Assembly (NCBI GenBank): GCA_964618825.1
Contig: CAZUCW010000001.1
Span: 9,543-73,542 of the forward strand
Reading direction: 5' to 3'
Length of the DNA: 64,000 bases
From: an uncultured Aquabacterium sp.
GTDB taxonomy: Bacteria > Pseudomonadota > Gammaproteobacteria > Burkholderiales > Burkholderiaceae_C
Both the position numbers and the translations under genes were made by a program. Within the stretch, counting starts at the first letter, position 1, and every line of letters starts with the position of its first letter. Positions 7,737 to 16,901 of the stretch are shown in pieces. The notes under the pieces were generated by a model. The model saw only the letters and a program-made list of their open reading frames with translations, had not been told where the DNA came from and searched no databases.

Positions 7737-10700
7737 GCGCACGCCCCTCTGGCCACCCCAAACGCCCGCCGCGCCACGCGCCGCTGGTGTTTGAGGCGCT
7801 GGAGCCGCGCGTGTTGTTGTCGGCTGATCTGGCCGGCGCGTTGGGGCTCGACAACGCAGGGGTTGTATCCGCTGCGGCCTCTGAGTCGAGTGCGTCGGCG
7901 GTGATTCAATCGTCGGTTGTTGAATCGGCCGTGGTGGCAGCGCAAACGCAGCGGCTCGAGCTGGTGTTTGTTGATGCCTCGGTGAACGATGTTGATCGAT
8001 TGATCAGCGATCTGCTGGCGCAGAGCGATGCCGAACGCACCTTGCGCATCTACACGCTCGACACCACCCGCGACGGTTTGCAACAGATTGCCGAGGTGTT
8101 GCGTAGCCTGCAGGATCAAACACAGGGGCAAACACAGGGGCAAACGGTTGATGCCATCCACTTGATCACCCACGGCGATGCCCGGGGTGTGCAGATTGGC
8201 GGCACCTGGCTCACCGCCGATAACGTGTGGCAATACGCCAGCCAGATCGGCAACTGGAGCCTCAAACTGAGCGCCGAGGCCGATGTGCTGCTCTACGGCT
8301 GCGATCTGGCTGCCAGCGCGCAGGGGCAGCGTCTGGTTGAAGACATTGCCTTGCTCAGTGGTGCCGATGTGGCCGCCAGCACCAACCTCACCGGCGCAGC
8401 GTCTGCCGGGGGAGATTGGGTGCTCGAACATCAGCAGGGCCTGATCGAAACCACCGTGGCCGCCAATGCCGCCACACAGGCGCAGTGGCAGGGCACCTTG
8501 CTCATGAGCGCCAGTGGCAGCGAGAGCCTGGTGAACACCAGCACCTCGGGCACGCAAAGCACCACCACCAATCGACAGGTGGCTACCGATGGCTCAGGCA
8601 ACTACGTGGTGATCTGGCAAAAGAGCAACACGCTCTATGGCCAGCGTTTTGACAGCAGCGGCACCAAGCTGGGCAGCGAGTTCATGCTCTCAACCAGCGG
8701 AGCGCTGTTTTCGACCGTAAGCAACCCGCAAGTGGCCATGAATGCCAGCGGAGCCTTTGTGGTGACGTGGTACGAATACAACCCCGGCCTGCTGGGCATC
8801 ATCTTGCCGTCGTGGACGGTCTACATGCAGCGTTTCAACGCCTCGGGTTCTTCGTTGGGCGTTACGCAGGTGTTTGACGATCTGGCGATCATCACGTTCA
8901 GTGGCGATCCGCAGATGTATTCGTCGGTGGCCATGGACGATAGCGGCAACATCGCCGTGGCCACACGCAATGATGATGAAGTGCGCGTCGAGTGGTATGG
9001 CAGCTCGGGATCGCAGACCGGCTCGGCGCGTGTCGACTCGGGCGGCAGCAGCACCAAAACCCAGGTGTCGGTGGCCATGTCGACAGCTGGCACCGTGATC
9101 ACCTGGACGGACAGTGGCACCGAGATCTATGGCCAGCTCTACAACGCATCGCGCGTGGCGGTGGGCGGCAATTTTCACGTCAACACCACCACCACTGGCA
9201 CGCAAACCTTGTCGAGCGTGGGCATGGATGCCTCGGGCAACTTTGTGGTGAGCTGGAGCAGCACGCAAAACGGCACCAGCGATATCTACGCCCAGCGTTT
9301 TTCGAGCGCGGGCGTCAAGCAAGGCAGTGAGTTTCAGGCCAATACCACCAGCACCGATACGCAGACGAATTCGAGCGTGGCGGTTGACAGCAGCAGCGGT
9401 GCTTTTGTGATTGCTTGGCAGAGCAATTTGCAAGACGGCTCGGGCACGGGCATCTACGCGCGGCAATATCAGGCCGATGGTTTTGCCGGGTTGTACGACG
9501 TGCAGATCAACACCACCAGCAGTGGTGCTCAAGGCACGCCCAGTGTTGCCTTCAGAGGCAGCCAGGCGGTGGTGGCGTGGTGCGGCAACGGCAGTGGGGA
9601 TTCGGGCGGCGTGTTTGCGCAGCGTCTGAGCGTTGGGGCCAACCAGGCGCCCACGTTGGCCCTTGGCGCAACCACTCTCAACTACACCGAAAACGCCGGC
9701 GCCGTGGCGCTGATCGGATCGGCCACCGTGGCCGACACAGACAACACCGTATTGCAAGGCGCCGTGGTGCAGATCAGCAGCGGTTTTGTGAGCGGCGAAG
9801 ATGTATTGAGCTTCGCCAGCATGCTGGGCATCACTGGGGCATGGAACGCCAGCACCGGCACGCTCACCCTCACGGGCACGGCGCTCAAAAGCAGCTACCA
9901 GCAGGCGCTGCGCAGCATCACCTACACCAACACCAGTGACAACCCCAGCGCCGTGGCGCGCACGGTGAGCGTGATCGTTAGCGATGGGCAGCTCGACAGC
10001 AGCACCGCCACGCTCACGCTCAATGTGCAGGCGGTGAACGATGCGCCCACCGTGAGCGCCGCGGCGGCGGTGTCGATGGCGCAAAGCATCACATCGTCGC
10101 TCACCGGCATCACCGTGGCGGATGCCGATGCCGCATCCGGCCTGCTCACGCTCACCCTCACCGTGCCATCGACGGATGGCTCGTTTGCCGGCACGGCGGG
10201 CTCAACGGCCTTCGTTACCGTGGGCGGCAATGGCGTCGATACCCTCACATTGCAGGGCACGGCCAGCGATATCAATGCTTTTATCGCAGCAGGCAACATT
10301 GCCTACACCTCGGCCATTGCGGGCTCAACCACCCTCAGCCTGAGCGTTGATGATGGCGGCAACAGCGGCTCGGGGGGGGCGCTCATGGGCACCCGCTTGG
10401 TGGTGATCACGGCAGCATCCGTTACCTTGCCCACCGTGAGTGTGGGGGGCACCGTGGCCGCTACCGAAGACACCGCCGCGGCGATCAGCGGCGTGAGTGT
10501 CAGCGCGCCCGATGCTGGCAGCAGCGCCGTGCAGCTCACGCTCACGGTGGGCAGCGGCACGCTTTTGGCCGCCAGCGGTGGCGGGGTTTCTGCCAGCGGC
10601 AGCGGCACGGGCACGCTGGTGCTCGTTGGCAGCGTGGCCGACATCAACGTTTTTATGGCGGCGGCGCAGGTGAGTTTTGTCGGCGCTACCGATGCATCGG

Positions 10701-12661
10701 GCAGCGTGGTGCTCACGGCAACATTCAACGATCTGGCCAACAACGCCGCCGGCGTTGCCTTGCAGGATCAGGCTGTGGGCAGCATTGCCGTTGCAGCCGT
10801 TAACGATGCACCGCAGGGTGCCAATGCCACGATCAGCACACCCGAAGACGTGCGTTATGTGTTTGGCCTGGGCGATTTCAGCCTGACCGACGCGAGCGAC
10901 AGCCCGGCCCATGCGCTGTCGGGCGTTGTTATCTCAACCTTGCCCAGTGCCGGCACGCTGCTGCTGTCAGTGTCGGGCAGCTTCACGGCGGTCATTGCAG
11001 GGCAGACGATCAGCCGCGCCGATCTCGAGGCCGGGCATTTGGTTTACGCCAGCGGCACCGATGCCAGCGGCACGGGCTACGCCAGCTTCACCTTCAGGGT
11101 GCAAGACGACGGCGGCACGGCAGACGGCGGTGTCGATACCGACGCCACGGTCCGCACCATCACCATCGATGTCAGTGCCGTCAACGATGCACCTGTGGGC
11201 ACCAGCACCACCGTGACGCTGCTCGAAGACGGCAGCTACAGCTTCGGCACAGCAGATTTTGGTTTTACCGATCCCAGCGACACGCCTGCCGACACGTTCA
11301 CGGGCGTGCTCATCGGCAATCTACCCAGCCACGGCGCGCTCACGTTGAGCGGTGTGGCCGTGCAAAGTGGCGACGTGATCGCCGCCGCCAGCCTGAGTGC
11401 ACTCGTCTACACCCCCGATGCCGACGGCAACGGCGCGGCTTTCGATGCGTTCACCTTTGCTGTGCAAGACAGCGGCGGCACAGCCAGCGGCGGTGTCGAC
11501 ACCGACACCACATGGCGCACGCTCACGCTGTCGGTAACCGCGGTGAACGACGCTCCGCAGGCCAGCGGCGGCACGCTCACCGTGGGGCAGTCGATGGCCT
11601 ACACACTTACCGTGGCCGATTTTGGATTTGCCGATGCCAGCGATCAGCCCGCCAACGCGCTGCAAGCCGTGCGCATCGCCAGCCTGCCCACGCACGGCAC
11701 GCTCACGCTATCGGGCGCGGCCGTGTCGGCACTGCAGGTGATTGCCGCCAGCGACATTGCCGCTGGCCTGCTGGTGTTCACCCCCGATGGGCAAGAAAGC
11801 GGCCTCAACTACGCCACCTTCAGCTACCAAGTGCAAGACGACGGCGGCACAGCCCATGGTGGACAAAGCTGGAGCAGCGGCACCTATGCGCTCAGTGTGG
11901 ATGTGATCACCATCATCAACACCGGATCAGACACCGAGCAAGGGGGCGGCTCGGGCGGCGGAGCAGGCGAAGGCACGGTAGACACACCGTCCGCCGACAC
12001 ATCGCTCGAAGCCGCTGCAGCCCAGGCCACCAACGCACGCGCCACACCCGGCAGCGCGGTGCCGCCGCAGATGATTGCTGCCATGGCGCGCGGATTTGCC
12101 GAATTCGACGTGCGCGGCCTGAGCATCGATGTGGTGGCGGGCAGCCGCGATGTGGTTTGGGTGGATCGCGCCGCATCCGGGGGCAGCGATGGCACGTGGT
12201 TTGAGCGTGCCAACAACATCCAGCCCCTGCAATGGCTGCTCGATCAGATTCAGGGCAACCGGCTGGCCCGCAGTGATGGCGGTGCGCCGACGCTCGTATC
12301 GACACAACTCATGCGCTGGAGCGACGCCGATGGCGAGCAAACCGTGCAGGCCGTTGAAGCCGGCGTCAAAACCGGCAGTGTGGCCGTGTCGGTGGGCATG
12401 GTTTGGTGGGCCACGCGGCTGTCGGGGTTGATGACCGGCCTGATAGCCAGCACCCCGGCATGGCGCACGCTTGATCCCCTGCCCATCGTGGGCAGCCTGG
12501 GCGCAGACGATGCCAGCTCAGGCGGGCCAGATGATGAATTTGAAGACGATGGCAACTCGGTGCTGGGCGACACCCCGGGGGCCCGCGCGCGGCCCCACGC
12601 TGGTGATCTGTTTGCCTACGCACCCGATACCGTGCCCTTGCGTACAGGAGATCCTTCTTGA
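7733..12661 (+). CDS. giant surface/adhesin-like protein: LEPR-xLL N-terminus, DUF4347-like domain, beta-strand repeats, cadherin-like (VNDAP) repeats, C-terminal hydrophobic motif
   Basis: FEALEPRVLLSAD at aa 20-32; LVFVD...IHLITHG...LLYGC...ADVAAS...GGDWVLE; repeats VNTTT.GTQ...VAMDASGNFVV.W; four VNDAP linkers; Ser/Thr/Gly/Ala rich. ATGA overlap with the upstream gene. Confidence 0.85.
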   Translation: MSARPSGHPKRPPRHAPLVFEALEPRVLLSADLAGALGLDNAGVVSAAASESSASAVIQSSVVESAVVAAQTQRLELVFVDASVNDVDRLISDLLAQSDAERTLRIYTLDTTRDGLQQIAEVLRSLQDQTQGQTQGQTVDAIHLITHGDARGVQIGGTWLTADNVWQYASQIGNWSLKLSAEADVLLYGCDLAASAQGQRLVEDIALLSGADVAASTNLTGAASAGGDWVLEHQQGLIETTVAANAATQAQWQGTLLMSASGSESLVNTSTSGTQSTTTNRQVATDGSGNYVVIWQKSNTLYGQRFDSSGTKLGSEFMLSTSGALFSTVSNPQVAMNASGAFVVTWYEYNPGLLGIILPSWTVYMQRFNASGSSLGVTQVFDDLAIITFSGDPQMYSSVAMDDSGNIAVATRNDDEVRVEWYGSSGSQTGSARVDSGGSSTKTQVSVAMSTAGTVITWTDSGTEIYGQLYNASRVAVGGNFHVNTTTTGTQTLSSVGMDASGNFVVSWSSTQNGTSDIYAQRFSSAGVKQGSEFQANTTSTDTQTNSSVAVDSSSGAFVIAWQSNLQDGSGTGIYARQYQADGFAGLYDVQINTTSSGAQGTPSVAFRGSQAVVAWCGNGSGDSGGVFAQRLSVGANQAPTLALGATTLNYTENAGAVALIGSATVADTDNTVLQGAVVQISSGFVSGEDVLSFASMLGITGAWNASTGTLTLTGTALKSSYQQALRSITYTNTSDNPSAVARTVSVIVSDGQLDSSTATLTLNVQAVNDAPTVSAAAAVSMAQSITSSLTGITVADADAASGLLTLTLTVPSTDGSFAGTAGSTAFVTVGGNGVDTLTLQGTASDINAFIAAGNIAYTSAIAGSTTLSLSVDDGGNSGSGGALMGTRLVVITAASVTLPTVSVGGTVAATEDTAAAISGVSVSAPDAGSSAVQLTLTVGSGTLLAASGGGVSASGSGTGTLVLVGSVADINVFMAAAQVSFVGATDASGSVVLTATFNDLANNAAGVALQDQAVGSIAVAAVNDAPQGANATISTPEDVRYVFGLGDFSLTDASDSPAHALSGVVISTLPSAGTLLLSVSGSFTAVIAGQTISRADLEAGHLVYASGTDASGTGYASFTFRVQDDGGTADGGVDTDATVRTITIDVSAVNDAPVGTSTTVTLLEDGSYSFGTADFGFTDPSDTPADTFTGVLIGNLPSHGALTLSGVAVQSGDVIAAASLSALVYTPDADGNGAAFDAFTFAVQDSGGTASGGVDTDTTWRTLTLSVTAVNDAPQASGGTLTVGQSMAYTLTVADFGFADASDQPANALQAVRIASLPTHGTLTLSGAAVSALQVIAASDIAAGLLVFTPDGQESGLNYATFSYQVQDDGGTAHGGQSWSSGTYALSVDVITIINTGSDTEQGGGSGGGAGEGTVDTPSADTSLEAAAAQATNARATPGSAVPPQMIAAMARGFAEFDVRGLSIDVVAGSRDVVWVDRAASGGSDGTWFERANNIQPLQWLLDQIQGNRLARSDGGAPTLVSTQLMRWSDADGEQTVQAVEAGVKTGSVAVSVGMVWWATRLSGLMTGLIASTPAWRTLDPLPIVGSLGADDASSGGPDDEFEDDGNSVLGDTPGARARPHAGDLFAYAPDTVPLRTGDPS
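10800..11910 (+). repeat. three tandem ~120-aa cadherin-like repeats within the adhesin
   Basis: Each unit reads NDAP...Y.F...DF...D.SD.PA..L..V.I..LP..G.L.L...LVY......G....F.F.VQD.GGTA.GG. Boundaries approximate. Confidence 0.75.
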
Positions 12662-14235
12662 ACAACTGGCGCTTGCCCTCGTGGATAAAGCTCGGTGTCA
12701 CGGCGCGCGTGGCACTGGGGCTGGTGTCGCTCACCCTTGTGTTGGTGCTGGTGCTCGATCTGGTGTTCAGATTGATGCCCGACGCGCGAACACAGGCGCA
12801 AGCCGCGCGCGAGCGTCAGGCTGTCAACCTTGCGCTGCAAACTAAAACGGTGCTGGCCAATCCGCAAACCTCGTCGCTGCTGCAGCCCATGCTCAACGAC
12901 ATCGTGGCCCAGGCGCGCCAACAAGGCACCGAGCTGCTCTCGGTGGGCGTGCGCCGTGCCGATGGCGTGCTGCTGCTGTCGTCGCCGGGGCATCAACAAC
13001 ATTGGCACACCCCGGTGGGCGGCTTGTCGACGCTTACCTCGGTGGTGGTTCCGCTGTATGGCAAGCAGGGCCAAACCTGGGGTGCGCTCGAAGTGGCCTA
13101 CGCCGATATGGCCCCGCGCACCGTGCTCGATTGGCTGCGCCAGCCGGCATCCATCCTGATCCTGTCGCTGTCGTCAGCCGGGTTTATCGCGTTTTATCTC
13201 TATCTGCGCCGTGTGCTGCAGCATCTCGACCCCAGCCGCACCATCCCCGATCGCGTGCGCGCGGCTTTCGATACCCTCACCGAAGGCGTGATGGTGCTCG
13301 ATGCGCGGGGCCATGTGCTGCTCGTCAACAACGCGTTTCGCGGGCTGCATCCGCTGGCGCGGCAAGCCCTCATTGGGCGCCGTGTTGGGCAACTCGATTG
13401 GTTTGTTAATAGCATCAAAGCCAAGCATGGGGTGGCGCCCTGGGTGCAGGCCATGTCGCAAAGCGAGCCGGTGCTGGGCACGCCGCTTGAGCTCAATGTG
13501 GATGCTGGTGAGCCACGCCACGTGTTGCTCAACTGTGCAGCCATTCGCGATGCAGGCGGCAACCCGCGCGGTTGCCTGCTCACGCTCGACGATGTCACCG
13601 ATCTCGACCGCGCCAGCGCCGATCTGCGCCAGGCGCTGTCTGAGCTCGAAACCTCGCGCGATCAGATTCAGCGCCAAAACGAAGAGCTGCAACTGCTGGC
13701 CAACTGCGATCCGATGACGGGCTGCTTCAACCGCCGCGCCTTCTTTGGCCGAGCAGAGGGCCTGCTCGCTCATGCCCAGGCCAGCGGCGAGCCGCTGTGC
13801 TGCCTGATGAGCGATATCGATAAATTCAAAGCCTTCAACGACACCTATGGCCACGCCGTGGGCGATCTGGTGATCCAGCAAGTTTCAAAAATCTTGCGCA
13901 CATCGATGCGGCCTCAAGACGTGCTGTGCCGCTATGGTGGCGAAGAGTTTTGCGCCTTGCTGCCCGGCCTCACGCAAAGCGAGGCCATGGTGGTGGCCGA
14001 GCGCATTCGCGCACGCATTGAGGCCGAGGCCGGCCCGGGGGTGGATGCCGTGCCGGGGCTGCGCATCACATCAAGCTTTGGCGTGGCGCAACTTGGCGCT
14101 GCCGGCGTGCGCGACATCCTGCCCCTCATCGAGCGCGCCGATCAGGGCCTTTATGCCGCCAAAGAGCATGGCCGCAACCAGGTGCAGTGCATCGATATGT
14201 TGCCCGCCGAAGAAACCGCAGCCGCCGAGGGCTGA
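12658..14235 (+). CDS. membrane-anchored PAS + GGDEF diguanylate cyclase
   Basis: Two TM segments, PAS (FDTLTEGVMVLDARGHVLLVNNAF), coiled coil, DIDKFKAFNDTYGHAVGD, RPQD I-site, RYGGEEF. TTG start overlaps the adhesin stop, with AGGAG upstream. Confidence 0.92.
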   Translation: MNNWRLPSWIKLGVTARVALGLVSLTLVLVLVLDLVFRLMPDARTQAQAARERQAVNLALQTKTVLANPQTSSLLQPMLNDIVAQARQQGTELLSVGVRRADGVLLLSSPGHQQHWHTPVGGLSTLTSVVVPLYGKQGQTWGALEVAYADMAPRTVLDWLRQPASILILSLSSAGFIAFYLYLRRVLQHLDPSRTIPDRVRAAFDTLTEGVMVLDARGHVLLVNNAFRGLHPLARQALIGRRVGQLDWFVNSIKAKHGVAPWVQAMSQSEPVLGTPLELNVDAGEPRHVLLNCAAIRDAGGNPRGCLLTLDDVTDLDRASADLRQALSELETSRDQIQRQNEELQLLANCDPMTGCFNRRAFFGRAEGLLAHAQASGEPLCCLMSDIDKFKAFNDTYGHAVGDLVIQQVSKILRTSMRPQDVLCRYGGEEFCALLPGLTQSEAMVVAERIRARIEAEAGPGVDAVPGLRITSSFGVAQLGAAGVRDILPLIERADQGLYAAKEHGRNQVQCIDMLPAEETAAAEG

Positions 14236-14259
14236 TGCGGCACGGGCGACAATCGCCCC

Positions 14260-14691
14260 ATGTTCACCCCCAATGCCCACGATGTTCGACGTTTCTTCTG
14301 CGAAGTGCAGCGCAAGCGTCTGGCTCACGAGCCCCTCACGCCCATTGAGGCCCAGGCCGCCGATTGGGTGGCCGCGCACCCCGAATACCACGACGAACTG
14401 GCCGACGCCGAGGCAGCCGTGGCCCGCCGCTACGACATCGAGCAAGGCCGCACCAACCCTTTTTTGCACCTATCGATGCACCTCACGATCACCGAGCAGA
14501 TCAGCATCGATCAGCCCCGCGGCATCCGGCAAGCCGTCGAACTGCTGGCCGCGCGGCGTGGCTCGCTGCACGAGGCGCATCACGATGTGATGGAATGCCT
14601 CGGTGAGATGATCTGGACATCGCAGCGCACCGGCCTGCCGCCCGATGGCCACGCCTATCTCGATGCCGTGCGCCGCCGCGCCACGCGATAA
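14260..14691 (+). CDS. DUF1841 family protein
   Basis: DVRRFF...HPEYH...TNPFLHLSMHL.I.EQ.SIDQP.GI...H.VMECLGEMIW family signature. Confidence 0.85.
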   Translation: MFTPNAHDVRRFFCEVQRKRLAHEPLTPIEAQAADWVAAHPEYHDELADAEAAVARRYDIEQGRTNPFLHLSMHLTITEQISIDQPRGIRQAVELLAARRGSLHEAHHDVMECLGEMIWTSQRTGLPPDGHAYLDAVRRRATR

Positions 14692-14779
14692 GTGCGCTGC
14701 ACACACCTACCGATCACGCCCACCGATTTTTGCCCCCCCTTTTTTTTCTTCTTCCTTTTCTTCTGCCCCACGCTGCACC

Positions 14780-15622
14780 ATGAAATTCGAAGGCTCACAA
14801 AACTACGTTGCCACCGACGATCTCAAACTGGCCGTTAATGCCGCGCTGGCGCTCAAGCGTCCGCTGCTCATCAAGGGCGAGCCCGGCACCGGCAAAACGA
14901 TGCTGGCCGAAGAGGTGTCTGCCGCGCTGCGCATGCCCCTGCTGCAGTGGCACATCAAATCAACCACCAAGGCGCAGCAAGGCTTGTATGAGTACGACGC
15001 TGTCAGCCGCCTGCGCGACAGCCAACTGGGGGATGAGAAGGTCAAAGACATCCACAACTACATCGTCAAGGGCGTCTTGTGGCAGGCCTTTGAGGCTGAT
15101 CAGCCCGTGGCGTTGCTGATCGACGAAATCGACAAGGCTGATATTGAGTTTCCTAACGATCTGCTGCGCGAGCTCGATCGCATGGAGTTCTACGTTTACG
15201 AAACCCGCCAGCTTATCAAGGCCCGCCATCGCCCGCTGGTGGTGATCACCTCAAACAACGAAAAAGATTTGCCCGACGCCTTCTTGCGCCGTTGCTTCTT
15301 TCATTACATCCAGTTCCCCAACGCGGGCACCATGAAGAGCATCGTCGACGTGCACTACCCCGGGCTGCGTCAAGAGCTGCTGGCGGCGGCGCTCAAGAGT
15401 TTTTACGATGTGCGCAACCTGCCTGGGCTCAAGAAAAAGCCGTCAACCAGCGAGTTTCTCGATTGGCTCAAGCTGTTGGTGGCTGAAGAGATTCCGGTCG
15501 AGGCGCTGCGCAGCAAAGAAGATCAGGTGGTGATGCCGCCGTTGGTGGGCGCGTTGCTCAAAAACGAGCAAGATCTGACGCTGTTCGAAAAGCTCATCTT
15601 CATGCAAAAGCACCACCGCTGA
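14780..15622 (+). CDS. MoxR-family AAA+ ATPase
   Basis: PLLIKGEPGTGKT Walker A, LLIDEIDKADIEFPNDLL, TSNNEKDLPDAFLRRC. Confidence 0.92.
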   Translation: MKFEGSQNYVATDDLKLAVNAALALKRPLLIKGEPGTGKTMLAEEVSAALRMPLLQWHIKSTTKAQQGLYEYDAVSRLRDSQLGDEKVKDIHNYIVKGVLWQAFEADQPVALLIDEIDKADIEFPNDLLRELDRMEFYVYETRQLIKARHRPLVVITSNNEKDLPDAFLRRCFFHYIQFPNAGTMKSIVDVHYPGLRQELLAAALKSFYDVRNLPGLKKKPSTSEFLDWLKLLVAEEIPVEALRSKEDQVVMPPLVGALLKNEQDLTLFEKLIFMQKHHR

Positions 15623-15623
15623 T

Positions 15624-16823
15624 TTAAAAATCAGGGGGCGGCATGCCCGCCACACTCACTGGCGAGGCAAGGATTACGCGGTCGCGCCCCTGGGCCTTGG
15701 CGCGATACATCGCCTGATCGGCACGGTGCAGCAAGGCCTCGACCGTTTCGGCAGGATCGCTCGCTGCGGCCACGCCCACGCTCACGGTGATTGGCAGGCG
15801 TTGATCCTCCCACTCAATGGGTTGTTGGCGCACGGCAGCCCTGAAGCGCTCGGCGGCCTGCAGCGCCCCTTCGCGTTGGGTGTGCGGCAACAGCACGCAA
15901 AACTCTTCGCCACCAAAGCGCGCCACGCGGTCAACCTCGCGGGCCTGCTCACCCAGCAGTGCGGCCACGCGCGTGAGCACCACATCGCCCACGGCATGCC
16001 CGAGCTGATCGTTGACGCGCTTAAAGTGATCGATATCAACCAGCAGCACCGCATAAGGCTGGCCAAAACGCTGCAAGCGTTGTGCTTCGCGATCGAGCAG
16101 TTGCTCCATGGCGCGGCGGTTGAGCAGCCCAGTGAGGCCATCGTGTTGCGACAAATGTCTCAGCTTGCCCACCAGCCGCATCACCACCACGTAGCCCAGC
16201 GCAAAGTTGATCGTCACGGCCAGCGCCATGAGCAGCATGATCAGCACGATTTGAGCAATCGAGTTGTGCTCCCACATCGGCATCGTGGCTCCGACGTTGA
16301 ACACCACGTAACCCACCCGTAGCAGCATCATCCCCATCACCACGCCCAGGGGCGACACCACTACCCAGGGCGTCAGGCGGCCGAATTCGCTTTGGATGAT
16401 CGTGTGTGATTCGAGCGCCGCACGCATGCACACCCAAATTGTGGCAACCGCCACCAGCACGGCACTGGCGGCGGGCAGATCGAATGGCATGAACACAGTG
16501 GCCGCCAATGCAGTGGTGACGGCGCCGATGAGCAGGTGTTCGAGATCAGTGCGCGGCTTGCGCATAAACCACTGCAGGCCGCGCCGCATGGCAATGAAGC
16601 CCAGCACCACCAGCGCATCGCCCAGCACCACATGGGCCGAGCCGTGCAGGCGGTAATCGAGCAGATACAACGCCAGCGCAGTGCAGTGCGCCATGGCGGC
16701 CACCATCCAGTGCCCGGCGGCTTTGGTTGAAAGGCTGAGTTGCGAGGCGGCGGCCCACCACACACCCACGATCACCAAGTGGATGGTTAGCGCATACAAC
16801 AGCAACAGATCGCTTAACGTCAT
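15624..16823 (-). CDS. multi-TM sensor GGDEF diguanylate cyclase
   Basis: About 7 hydrophobic helices, then HDGLTGLLNRR, DIDHFKRVNDQLGHAVGD, REVD I-site, RFGGEEF. Confidence 0.92.
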   Translation of the reverse strand: MTLSDLLLLYALTIHLVIVGVWWAAASQLSLSTKAAGHWMVAAMAHCTALALYLLDYRLHGSAHVVLGDALVVLGFIAMRRGLQWFMRKPRTDLEHLLIGAVTTALAATVFMPFDLPAASAVLVAVATIWVCMRAALESHTIIQSEFGRLTPWVVVSPLGVVMGMMLLRVGYVVFNVGATMPMWEHNSIAQIVLIMLLMALAVTINFALGYVVVMRLVGKLRHLSQHDGLTGLLNRRAMEQLLDREAQRLQRFGQPYAVLLVDIDHFKRVNDQLGHAVGDVVLTRVAALLGEQAREVDRVARFGGEEFCVLLPHTQREGALQAAERFRAAVRQQPIEWEDQRLPITVSVGVAAASDPAETVEALLHRADQAMYRAKAQGRDRVILASPVSVAGMPPPDF

Positions 16824-16901
16824 CGCAGGCCGGATTCAACTTCGGACGCCCGCATTGTCGGGCACTCCGGGTAACAATAGGCGCCAAGGTTTGGGGCCAT
16901 T

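Noticed and set aside
8117-8145. 12-bp tandem duplication CAAACACAGGGG (QTQG)
   Set aside because: Only about two copies, in frame, probably a neutral loop insertion.
14725-14770. Pyrimidine-rich tract upstream of MoxR
   Set aside because: No convincing stem or repeat unit; cannot support a terminator or switch.
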